The position numbers and the translations under genes were made by a program. Below the pieces are notes generated by a model, which saw only the letters and a list, made by a program, of their open reading frames with translations, was not told the DNA's origin and did not search any database. From the NCBI GenBank assembly GCA_902621855.1, contig CACNNQ010000002.1, forward strand, positions 239,984 through 303,983: a DNA stretch of 64,000 nt. The letters are read 5' to 3'. Positions within the stretch are counted from its first letter, which is position 1; each line of letters begins with the position of its first letter. Below are positions 36,521 through 44,647 of this stretch, in pieces. The DNA comes from an uncultured Alphaproteobacteria bacterium. Lineage in GTDB: Bacteria > Pseudomonadota > Alphaproteobacteria > HIMB59 > GCA-002718135.

Positions 36521-37812
36521 TATAGATTTGTATCTTTTTGCATTGCTGGTGAAGGAATTCCTTTTTCTCCTCCGCCAATATTAGGAGCTATATTTTTAGC
36601 ATAAACATCACTAATACTGAGAGGTAACTTACTTGGCTTCTCTATCCAACCAACAAAAGGTGTAATGATAAAGAAAAAACCAAAGTAGTAAAGTAAACCC
36701 ACTCTTGCAATTAAAAGATATAAACCTTCAGCAGGAAGCATACCAACATAACCTAATGCGAAAAAATTAACAAAAAAGCCCATCATAAACCACTTATATA
36801 TTGGTCTATAATTACAGCTTCTCACTTTTGATCTATCAAGCCAGGGTAGAACAAAAAGAATTACTATTGCACCAAACATTAGGAGAACTCCTCCTAATTT
36901 ATCAGGTACTGCTCTTAAAATTGCATAAAAAGGTGCAAGATACCAGTTTGGAACAATGTGAGCTGGAGTAACAAGTGGATCTGCTGGAATATAATTATCA
37001 ACTTCAGCCATAAGATTTGGTCCAAAGAATATTACTGCAGAAATAGCGACACCAAAAGCACACATAGCTACTGTATCTTTAATTAACATATATGGAAAAA
37101 AGTTTACTGAGTCATTGTTAGTTTTAATATCAATCCCATCAGGATTATTTGAACCATGAACATGAACTGCAGCAACATGTAAACCTACAACACCAAAAAT
37201 AACAAATGGTAAAACATAATGAAGAGCAAAGAAACGGTTTAAAGTAGCATTTCCAACATTGTAATCACCAAGCAGCCATGTCTTTAGTCCCTCACCAATA
37301 AATGGAATTGCACTAAATAAATTTGTTATAACTGTAGCTCCCCAATAAGACATTTGTCCCCACGGTAATGTGTAACCAAGAAAAGAAGTTGCCATCATTA
37401 ATAAAAATATGAATACACCTAAAATCCAATTAAGCTCTCTTGGATATTTGTAAGAACCAAAATACATTGCTCTTACTATATGAATGTAAACTATGATGAA
37501 GAAAAAGGCTGCACCATTGGAATGGATGTATCTCATTAACCAACCGTAATTGACATCTCGCATTATTCTTTCAACACTATCAAATGCCATATCAGTATGT
37601 GGCGTGTAATTCATCGCAAGAAAAATTCCGCTTACTATCATTGTAACAAGTGTAATTGTTGCCAATGCACCAAAACTCCAAAAATAATTACAATTTTTAG
37701 GCATCGGATAATCACCGTATTCTTTTTTGAAATAAGAAATAATTGGTAAACGAAACTCTATCCAATTGAGGACAGGGTTTTTAAACTGATGAACTTTTCT
37801 ATTCTTATCCAT
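36520..37812 (-). CDS. petB: Cytochrome b (bc1 complex)
   Basis: 430 aa, multi-TM. Motifs WSFGAL, RYIHSNGAAFFF and PEWYLAPFY-like PNWYLAPFYAILR. Confidence 0.95.
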   Translation of the reverse strand: MDKNRKVHQFKNPVLNWIEFRLPIISYFKKEYGDYPMPKNCNYFWSFGALATITLVTMIVSGIFLAMNYTPHTDMAFDSVERIMRDVNYGWLMRYIHSNGAAFFFIIVYIHIVRAMYFGSYKYPRELNWILGVFIFLLMMATSFLGYTLPWGQMSYWGATVITNLFSAIPFIGEGLKTWLLGDYNVGNATLNRFFALHYVLPFVIFGVVGLHVAAVHVHGSNNPDGIDIKTNNDSVNFFPYMLIKDTVAMCAFGVAISAVIFFGPNLMAEVDNYIPADPLVTPAHIVPNWYLAPFYAILRAVPDKLGGVLLMFGAIVILFVLPWLDRSKVRSCNYRPIYKWFMMGFFVNFFALGYVGMLPAEGLYLLIARVGLLYYFGFFFIITPFVGWIEKPSKLPLSISDVYAKNIAPNIGGGEKGIPSPAMQKDTNL

Positions 37813-37813
37813 G

Positions 37814-38341
37814 TTATCCTATCTTTATAGTATTATCATTTAAAAAGGTATAGGGCGGAACGTCCAAGTTTTTTGGTGCTGGTCCTTTTCTTATCCTACC
37901 TGATGTATCGTAATGTGAACCATGACATGGGCAGTACCAACCATCGTACTCACCTTTCATATCTGAAACCTTCTGACCAAGTGGAACACAACCTAAGTGT
38001 GTACATACTCCCACTAAAACTAACCATTCTTCTTTTTGTACTCTATCTGCATCATCTTGTGGATCTCTCAAGTCAGAAGCTTGAACCATTTTAGCTGCAT
38101 CAATCTCATCTTTTGTTCTTTTTTTAATGAAAACAGGTTTTCCACGCCACTTTATTGTTATGCTTTGACCTTCTTCAATAGCACTAATATCTACTTCAGT
38201 TGATCCTGCAGCTAATGTGTCTTCTGCTGGACTCATACTTTTTAGAAAAGGCCATATAAAAGCAGCTGTTCCAACAGCACCAAGCGTTACAGTGCTAAGT
38301 TGTAGGAAATCTCTTCTCTTATTTTTGGGTTTTTTAGCCAT
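37814..38341 (-). CDS. petA: Ubiquinol-cytochrome c reductase Rieske iron-sulfur subunit
   Basis: 175 aa. Tat-like N-terminus (RRDFL) and Rieske boxes CTHLGC and CPCHGS. Confidence 0.9.
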   Translation of the reverse strand: MAKKPKNKRRDFLQLSTVTLGAVGTAAFIWPFLKSMSPAEDTLAAGSTEVDISAIEEGQSITIKWRGKPVFIKKRTKDEIDAAKMVQASDLRDPQDDADRVQKEEWLVLVGVCTHLGCVPLGQKVSDMKGEYDGWYCPCHGSHYDTSGRIRKGPAPKNLDVPPYTFLNDNTIKIG

Positions 38342-38436
38342 TTATTTTGATTTTCTTATATCTTAATTACTCAAAAAAATACTTTTTAAATATGTGCCAG
38401 CGTGACGCAAGTAAGAAAATAATATAGTAAAAAAAC

Positions 38437-38883
38437 ATGAGAATTGCTCTATTTGAACCCGACATACCACAGAATGCAGGAAACATATTTAGATTAGGTG
38501 CCTGTCTTGGAATACCAATAGATATAATAGAGCCAGCTGGCTTTGTGATTGATGATAAAAGATTAAAAAGAGCATCAATGGATTATTATGATTATCTAGA
38601 ATTAAAAAAACATTTGAGCTGGGAAAAATTTTATGAGTGGTCAAAAGATAATTCATATCGACTTGTTCTTCTAACGACAAAAAGTAAAAAAAATTATTTC
38701 GATTATAAATTTCAATCAAATGATATTATTTTATTTGGCAGAGAAAGTGCAGGAGCACCTGATTTTGTTCATAGCTCTGTCGATGAAAGATTGACAATAC
38801 CAATGGTAAAAGGGCCTAGATCGATTAATCTTAGTAGTTCAGTTGCTATTGTAGCTGGTGAAATGTTACGCCAATTAGCTTAA
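38437..38883 (+). CDS. trmL: tRNA (cytidine/uridine-2'-O-)-methyltransferase, SpoU/TrmL family
   Basis: 148 aa. EPDIPQNAGNIFRLGA, ...LFGRESAGAP and SLNLSSSVAIV. Confidence 0.8.
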   Translation: MRIALFEPDIPQNAGNIFRLGACLGIPIDIIEPAGFVIDDKRLKRASMDYYDYLELKKHLSWEKFYEWSKDNSYRLVLLTTKSKKNYFDYKFQSNDIILFGRESAGAPDFVHSSVDERLTIPMVKGPRSINLSSSVAIVAGEMLRQLA

Positions 38884-39737
38884 GCTAAGCTTCCCATCTT
38901 TCCTTCTTGATAGTCCATCATTGCTTGCTTGATTTCACCTTCAGAATTAGCCACAAAAGGACCATAACGTGCAACAGGTTCTTTAAGTGGCTTACCTGCT
39001 AAAACTAGGTAGGATCCTTTTTCTGATATTGATGTAAGTTGAATCTCATCACTTGACTGATCAAAGTAAATCATATCACCTTTATTAGCGATTTTATCTT
39101 CCTCATTAAATTGTAATTGACCATCGATAATATAGATCATAAGATTTTGTTCTTTATCAACATTAAACTTTGTCATATCTGGTTTTGAAAATTGAATATC
39201 AAATATTGATACAGGTGAATATGTTTGAACTTTGGATTTGGTTCCATTTATTTCTCCCACAAGAACTTTAATTTCTATATTTGCATTTTCAGATACTGTT
39301 GGAATAGTGTTTCTTTTAATATGTTGGTACCAAGGTTTAACTTTTTTATTTTTTTTTGGAAGGTTAACCCAGATTTGTAAACCTTGCATGATACCACCAC
39401 TCTTCTTAAATTTTTCTGTTACTAACTCAGAATGGATTAAACCTGACCCAGTTGTCATCCATTGTACATCACCAGTTTCAATTTCTGCTTGTCCGCCAAA
39501 TGAGTCTCTATGCTCTACTTCACCACCAAGCATATAAGTAATTGCCTCAAATCCACAATGAGGATGTGCTGGTACACCAGTTGCACCTCCCGGTTCATAA
39601 TTAATTGGGCCGAAATGATCAAAAAGAAGAAATGGATCATTTTCTCTCATTCCGGGGACAGGGAAAGCTCTCGTTACAGGTATCCCGTCACCCTCGAAAG
39701 TCTTCATACACTCTTTAATTTCTAATGCTTTTCTCAT
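38880..39737 (-). CDS. Pirin family protein
   Basis: 285 aa with the pirin metal motif HPHCGFEAITYMLGGEVEHRDSFG. Confidence 0.9.
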   Translation of the reverse strand: MRKALEIKECMKTFEGDGIPVTRAFPVPGMRENDPFLLFDHFGPINYEPGGATGVPAHPHCGFEAITYMLGGEVEHRDSFGGQAEIETGDVQWMTTGSGLIHSELVTEKFKKSGGIMQGLQIWVNLPKKNKKVKPWYQHIKRNTIPTVSENANIEIKVLVGEINGTKSKVQTYSPVSIFDIQFSKPDMTKFNVDKEQNLMIYIIDGQLQFNEEDKIANKGDMIYFDQSSDEIQLTSISEKGSYLVLAGKPLKEPVARYGPFVANSEGEIKQAMMDYQEGKMGSLA

Positions 39738-39776
39738 TTGTATTTTAAATTATATAAAAAATATATAGGTATGATT

Positions 39777-39860
39777 ATGAAAAATCAAAATCCAAACCCA
39801 CCAAAGTGTGGTTGCAGCTGCAGCTGTTGTTGCACTTGTGAAGGTGGAGATTGCTGTTAA
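39777..39860 (+). CDS. Unannotated cysteine-rich mini-protein (metallothionein-like), 27 aa (29 aa if started at 39771)
   Basis: MKNQNPNPPKCGCSCSCCCTCEGGDCC has 9 Cys, no aromatic residues and no His. AGG lies 7 nt upstream of the ATG at 39777. It ends in a TAA TAA double stop. The segment is clearly more GC-rich than its flanks. It is below the ORF-track length cutoff. Confidence 0.5.
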   Translation: MKNQNPNPPKCGCSCSCCCTCEGGDCC

Positions 39861-39927
39861 TAATACATTCTAAATTAAACAAAATTCAGAAATAAATAAT
39901 TATAATTTAATTTTTTTTAAAATTTTA

Positions 39928-40335
39928 CTATTTTAAATTAATAATAATATCTGACTTACTATTTATTGGAGGAAATCTACCAACGATATTAGATCTATAT
40001 ATTTCAGGTCTATGTCTACGTCTCAAAAAACCATCATCAGATTTGCTATAGGATAATAGCAGTTCCTCTATTGAATCAATATAAGCAGAATTTTCAGGAT
40101 CTATATCTCCAAACACATAGGTAAAACAATTTTCTGCGGTAAAGGATACAATACATGAACGTTTACAATTACTCATGCAATTTACACCTCTTAAAGTTAC
40201 ATTTTTTGTATTTTTAAATTTATCAATTAATTTTTGTGCAAGTTTTTCTCCTGCAAGTTTATTATTATTTTGAGCTTTATTAAGGGTACATGTGAGACAA
40301 ACAGATAATATTATTTCTTTTTGTTTTTTTGACAT
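39928..40335 (-). CDS. DUF1636-like predicted metal-binding (thioredoxin-like ferredoxin fold) protein
   Basis: 135 aa. Cys motifs SVCLTCT and CMSNCKRSCIVSF, then YVFGDIDP and RPEIYRSNIVGRFPP, as in DUF1636 proteins found beside cobW-type genes. Confidence 0.55.
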   Translation of the reverse strand: MSKKQKEIILSVCLTCTLNKAQNNNKLAGEKLAQKLIDKFKNTKNVTLRGVNCMSNCKRSCIVSFTAENCFTYVFGDIDPENSAYIDSIEELLLSYSKSDDGFLRRRHRPEIYRSNIVGRFPPINSKSDIIINLK

Positions 40336-40356
40336 TTTTATTCTAAATTTAATAAT

Positions 40357-40611
40357 CTAATGGGTGTGGTTTGTTAGATTATTAATATCTGACTCCTCTA
40401 TTTCTTCTATTGATTTTGCAACTCGCCAATTTTTCATTGATCCGTCTTCATTTCTTGCAGTAATTACAGTTTCGATTGGTGGACAATCAGGCTCATGACA
40501 ACTGAGCTCAGCAATACTTATTATAGTATTTTCTGGTAATTTATATTTCTTGGAAATTAAATGTTTAAGATTTCTTATTTTTTCAACATTTTGAGTTTTA
40601 CGATTAAACAT
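40357..40611 (-). CDS. Small hypothetical protein with a CHEPDCPP motif
   Basis: 84 aa. A single Cys pair (SCHEPDCPPIETV) and a C-terminus ending HTH. Tightly packed between the WD40 and DUF1636 genes. Confidence 0.5.
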   Translation of the reverse strand: MFNRKTQNVEKIRNLKHLISKKYKLPENTIISIAELSCHEPDCPPIETVITARNEDGSMKNWRVAKSIEEIEESDINNLTNHTH

Positions 40612-40621
40612 ATTTTCTCCT

Positions 40622-41659
40622 TTAATTGTCTGCCCATAAAGATGATAAAAGAATAGAACCTTTCATATCCCCAATTAATATTTGTGAATTATCACTAGAT
40701 ATCGCTATTGTTGAAACTTCCGAACCTGTTGAACTTCTAATCATAATTGGTTTTTTACTTTCATCAATTTCTGCTAATAAAACTGACCCATCTGTAAAAC
40801 CGGTGAAAACAGCTTTTTCTCCATTAAGTGCTTTAACAAATGTTGCAAGTTCTTTACCACCGTTTGCAACAACAATTGGCTTTCTCCCCATTGGTCCTTC
40901 TTTGCCATCAAATGGCCAGCAAACTGCATCACTTGATCCAGATGTTACCAAATATGGTGTATCACCAACCCAAGTAAAACTTTTAATTTTTGATGGGTAA
41001 CCTCTCATTGCTAAATCAGCTTTGTCGTTTAAGCGCCAACCATGAATTTGATTTTCTTGCATCGCTGTAACAATATATTTTGTATCTGGGCTAAACGTTA
41101 CAGTTCCATGCGATCCTTTCCATGTAAAATTTGATGATGTCCATTTATTATTATTTAGTTTCCATAATGTTACTCCACCGTATCTTGAGACCGCAAGGCG
41201 CTTACCTTTATTATCAAATGCTAATCCAGCAACAGTGCTTTGATGCTCTAAAGTTAGTGGTTTATCTTTGTTTTTTGTCCAAATATAAACATTTTTACCT
41301 GATGAACAAACTTTAGTATCTTTGTGGGAAGCTACACAGTCAACCCACTTTGAACCAAAATTAAAAATTTCATCAATATTTCCATCAGATGATATTTTTA
41401 AAAAACGTCCATCTTCTCCTCCCGTTAACACATGATCTTCATAATTTGTCATACTCAACACTACACCCTTATGTGCTTTAACAGTTTTAGGATCAGATCC
41501 AGATTGAAAAAATCTTACAGTACCGTCTCCAAATCCTACAGCTATTTGATCACGAATTGTAACCGCTTCTGTAGCTGGGGCTCCAATATTAAAAATTGAA
41601 CCTCTTCTTTCAAGTTCAGTTTTATTTGATTCTTGAAGTGTTTCTAAATCAGCGTTCAT
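40622..41659 (-). CDS. WD40/beta-propeller repeat protein, no signal peptide seen
   Basis: 345 aa with repeated units such as HKGVVLSMTNYEDHVLTGGEDGRFLKI and STVAGLAFDNKGKRLAVSRYGGVTLW. Overlaps the GTPase gene by 4 nt. Confidence 0.75.
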   Translation of the reverse strand: MNADLETLQESNKTELERRGSIFNIGAPATEAVTIRDQIAVGFGDGTVRFFQSGSDPKTVKAHKGVVLSMTNYEDHVLTGGEDGRFLKISSDGNIDEIFNFGSKWVDCVASHKDTKVCSSGKNVYIWTKNKDKPLTLEHQSTVAGLAFDNKGKRLAVSRYGGVTLWKLNNNKWTSSNFTWKGSHGTVTFSPDTKYIVTAMQENQIHGWRLNDKADLAMRGYPSKIKSFTWVGDTPYLVTSGSSDAVCWPFDGKEGPMGRKPIVVANGGKELATFVKALNGEKAVFTGFTDGSVLLAEIDESKKPIMIRSSTGSEVSTIAISSDNSQILIGDMKGSILLSSLWADN

Positions 41660-42627
41660 GCTGATTTACAATTATCAAAGCCTTCCTTAAGATTCATATT
41701 ATCAAGATCACGACCAATAAATACTACTCGAGAACTTCTATCTTTTCCTTTAGGCCAAGGTCCCATTGGTGAAGCATCCATGAGCATGTGTACTCCTTGA
41801 AATACATATCGCTCTTCTTCACCTTTAAAGTTCAAAATTCCTTTTGATCGAAGTATGTCCTGACCCTTTGTCCTGAGTAAATTTCCAAACCAATCTTGGA
41901 ACTTATCCATATCTAATGGTGTATCAGATACAAAGGATAGACTAGTAACATCATCATCATGTTCATGATCATGATCTGATTCAAGAAAGTCAGGTTCAAT
42001 ATCTAATACTCTATCTAGACTAAATGCATTTAAGCCTACGATTTCATCAAGAGGTGCATCACAACGTGTTGTTTTAATAATCTTAGCAAAAGGATTAATT
42101 TTTCTAATACGATCATTAACTTTTACAATGTCATTATCTCCAACAAGTTCAACTTTATTTAACAAAATTACATCAGCAAAAGCAATTTGTTCTTCTGCTT
42201 CATGATGATCGACTAATTGAGAACTTAGATGAACAGCATCGGCAACTGTAACAATTGCATCTAATTTTGTACGATCAGCAACATCTTGATCAACAAAGAA
42301 GGTTTGTGCTACTGGTGCTGGATCTGCTAAACCAGTTGTCTCAACAATAATTGCATCAAGCTTATCAGCACGTTTCATTAAGCCACTTAGAATTCTAATT
42401 AAATCACCTCTAACAGTGCAACAAATGCACCCGTTGTTCATTTCAAATACTTCTTCATCAGCATCAACAACAAGATCATTGTCGATACCTTGTTCACCAA
42501 ATTCATTAACTATGACAGCATATTTCCGTCCATGCTGTTCAGTTAATATTCGATTTAAAAGAGTTGTTTTTCCAGCTCCAAGAAACCCTGTTAAAACAGT
42601 AACTGGAACCTGAGAAGTATTTTCCAT
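41656..42627 (-). CDS. COG0523 / CobW-family G3E GTPase (putative zinc metallochaperone)
   Basis: 323 aa. Walker A GFLGAGKTTL, metal motif GCICCT and a His/Asp stretch ESDHDHEHDDD. Confidence 0.9.
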   Translation of the reverse strand: MENTSQVPVTVLTGFLGAGKTTLLNRILTEQHGRKYAVIVNEFGEQGIDNDLVVDADEEVFEMNNGCICCTVRGDLIRILSGLMKRADKLDAIIVETTGLADPAPVAQTFFVDQDVADRTKLDAIVTVADAVHLSSQLVDHHEAEEQIAFADVILLNKVELVGDNDIVKVNDRIRKINPFAKIIKTTRCDAPLDEIVGLNAFSLDRVLDIEPDFLESDHDHEHDDDVTSLSFVSDTPLDMDKFQDWFGNLLRTKGQDILRSKGILNFKGEEERYVFQGVHMLMDASPMGPWPKGKDRSSRVVFIGRDLDNMNLKEGFDNCKSA

Positions 42628-42653
42628 ATCAATTTCCTTATAATTAGTTTTAT

Positions 42654-42682
42654 AAATTCCACCTTAATACAAGGTGGAATTT
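42654..42682 (-). terminator. Intercistronic stem-loop between znuA and the COG0523 gene (weak terminator or RNA-stability element)
   Basis: Perfect 12-bp inverted repeat AAATTCCACCTT / AAGGTGGAATTT with a 5-nt loop. Only a short U tract follows on the minus strand. Confidence 0.45.
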
Positions 42683-42698
42683 ATTTAAATATTAAAAT

Positions 42699-43826
42699 TT
42701 AACAGCCTTTAAGCTCGTCCCCGAGATTACTTATCAACGTAAAGTAAAGTGACTTACTAGCATCAATGTTAGCACCTAAAGGATCAAAAACTCCTGTTTT
42801 GATATTCATGTCCTCAGCTATTGTTGTAATAATCTTTGGATTAAATTGAGGTTCAGAGAAAATACATTTTATTCCCTTATCCTTAATAACATCCTGAATA
42901 TCAGCTATTTGCTTTGCACCAGGTAAAACATCAGTATTCAATGTTAAAGCTCCTGCAGCTCTTACACCAAATCTTTCTTCAAAGTATTGGTAGGCGTCAT
43001 GGAACACAACAAATTTTGCATCAGAATTAATATCTGTACCAACATCACTAATAAGCTGATCTAAAGCTTTAATTGTTGCTTCAGAATTTGCTTCATATTT
43101 CTCTTTATTGGCAGGATCTAAATCACCTAACTCATGAGCTATTTCATGAACCATTTTTTTAGCATTCATTGGATCTAGCCAAATGTGAGCATCAAATTCA
43201 CCGTGTGCATGGCCGTGATCGTCATGGTCATCATGATCATCGTGATCGTCGTGGTCATCATGATCATCGTGATCGTCATGATCGTCATGATCATCGTGGT
43301 CGTCGTGGTCATCATGGTCATCATGATCATCGTGATCATCATGGTCATCATGATCATCGTGGTCGTCATGATCATCGTGGTCGTCATGATCGTCGTGATC
43401 ATCATGGTCATCGTGATCATCATGGTCATCGTGATCATCATGGTCGCCAAAAATTGATTCTTCTCTAAATTTTAATTTAGCAATTGAATCAAGTTCCATA
43501 AATTCAATAACTTCTGCATCTTTTGCAATTGAGTCTAGAGGTTCTTCCATTGATGTTTCAATACCCTCTCCAATCCAAAAAATAACATCTGCTTCCTCAA
43601 GCATTTTCGCATGAGAAGGTTTCATTGTAAAACTATGTGGTGAAATACCTCCATCAATTATAAGTCCAGGTTCACCTACTCCATCCATAACATTGGATAT
43701 CAATGAATGTAGTGGTTTAATTGTGGTAACAACTTTTAGCTCTGCTCTAGCAGATGCAGTTGCAGCAAGAATTCCCGAAAATAACATAATCTTAAATATA
43801 TGTAGAAAAAAATTCGTTTGTTTCAT
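42699..43826 (-). CDS. znuA: Periplasmic zinc-binding protein of an ABC importer, with a giant His/Asp-rich insert
   Basis: 375 aa with a signal peptide. Cluster-9 binding-protein core (SPHSFTMKPS, DAHIWLDP, FHDAYQYF). Divergent from znuCB-zur. Confidence 0.85.
   Translation of the reverse strand: MKQTNFFLHIFKIMLFSGILAATASARAELKVVTTIKPLHSLISNVMDGVGEPGLIIDGGISPHSFTMKPSHAKMLEEADVIFWIGEGIETSMEEPLDSIAKDAEVIEFMELDSIAKLKFREESIFGDHDDHDDHDDHDDHDDHDDHDDHDDHDDHDDHDDHDDHDDHDDHDDHDDHDDHDDHDDHDDHDDHDDHDDHDDHDDHGHAHGEFDAHIWLDPMNAKKMVHEIAHELGDLDPANKEKYEANSEATIKALDQLISDVGTDINSDAKFVVFHDAYQYFEERFGVRAAGALTLNTDVLPGAKQIADIQDVIKDKGIKCIFSEPQFNPKIITTIAEDMNIKTGVFDPLGANIDASKSLYFTLISNLGDELKGC
43215..43445 (-). repeat. 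In-frame coding repeat encoding D-(HDD)x25-H inside znuA
   Basis: 231 nt of CAY-GAY-GAY codons with mixed synonymous usage. 18-nt units (CAT GAT GAT CAC GAT GAC) are visible at the 5' end. This is the most GC-rich patch in the neighbourhood. Confidence 0.95.
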
Positions 43827-43863
43827 AAAAGTATTCCTATAAAAATTAAGTGTGTTAAATAAC

Positions 43864-43881
43864 GTAATGTTATAATATTAC
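43864..43881. promoter_or_regulatory. Zur-box-like palindrome in the znuA / znuC divergent promoter
   Basis: GTAATGTTA-TAATATTAC has 8 of 9 positions palindromic. It lies 22 nt upstream of the znuC ATG and 38 nt upstream of the znuA ATG. Confidence 0.55.
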
Positions 43882-43903
43882 ATTTTGTTTTGTAAATAGA
43901 AAA

Positions 43904-44647
43904 ATGAGTAGTAAAAATAATTTATTAGTAAATTTGGAAAACGCAGGTGTTTATAAGTCTCCAAAATGGCTGATAAGAGGTGTATCTCTTGAAGTAAAGA
44001 GTGGTCAAATAGTTACGCTAATAGGGCCTAATGGTTCTGGGAAGACAACAACAGCTAAAATGGTGCTAAGTATTCTCGAACCAGATGAAGGTTCAATGAA
44101 AAGGTATACAGATAAAATCGCATATGTTCCTCAAAAAATTAATATCGATTGGACAATGCCATTACGTGTTGTAGATTTCATGCGATTAACCAATTACCTC
44201 AGTGATAATGAAGTTATTGAATCCTTAAATCAAACTGGTGTAGAAAACCTTTTCAATGAACAAATTCATGGTCTATCAGGTGGAGAATTTCAACGTGTTC
44301 TTCTAGCAAGAGCTATTGCAAAAAAACCAGAATTATTAGTCTTAGATGAACCTGTTCAAGGAGTTGATTTTAATGGGGAAATTGATCTTTATAATATTAT
44401 TAAAAATATTTCTACAAACCTAAATTGTGGAATTTTATTAGTCTCCCATGACTTGCATTTTGTTATGTCTGCTACAGATCATGTAGTCTGTTTAAATGGA
44501 CATATCTGTTGTTCAGGAAAACCAAGTGCAATTATAAAAGATAAAGCCTATATAGAATTATTTGGTGAACATAGATCAAAAACATTGACATATTATCAGC
44601 ACGATCATGATCACACACATAATTCTGACGGAAGTGTGTCTAATTAA
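43904..44647 (+). CDS. znuC: Zinc ABC transporter ATP-binding protein
   Basis: 247 aa. Walker A GPNGSGKTT, signature LSGGEFQRV, and a His-rich tail HDHDHTH. Confidence 0.85.
   Translation: MSSKNNLLVNLENAGVYKSPKWLIRGVSLEVKSGQIVTLIGPNGSGKTTTAKMVLSILEPDEGSMKRYTDKIAYVPQKINIDWTMPLRVVDFMRLTNYLSDNEVIESLNQTGVENLFNEQIHGLSGGEFQRVLLARAIAKKPELLVLDEPVQGVDFNGEIDLYNIIKNISTNLNCGILLVSHDLHFVMSATDHVVCLNGHICCSGKPSAIIKDKAYIELFGEHRSKTLTYYQHDHDHTHNSDGSVSN

Noticed and set aside
38394-38410. A GC-rich island with the mini-palindrome GCGT-G-ACGC in the petA/trmL divergent spacer. It might be a regulator site for the bc1 operon.
   Set aside because: It has only 4-bp arms and occurs once. I cannot match it confidently to any known box, so it is too weak to report as a feature.
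43169-43468. Three overlapping ORFs in the track (43169-43468 +, 43175-43450 -, 43185-43457 +) giving RDRHGHHD-, MIT- and VIM-type low-complexity proteins. The periodic DNA could also be mistaken for a non-coding tandem repeat or a CRISPR-like array.
   Set aside because: They are alternative-frame readings of the (HDD)x25 coding repeat inside znuA. The znuA frame is continuous with conserved flanking domains. There are no spacers or repeat/spacer alternation, so it is not a CRISPR array.
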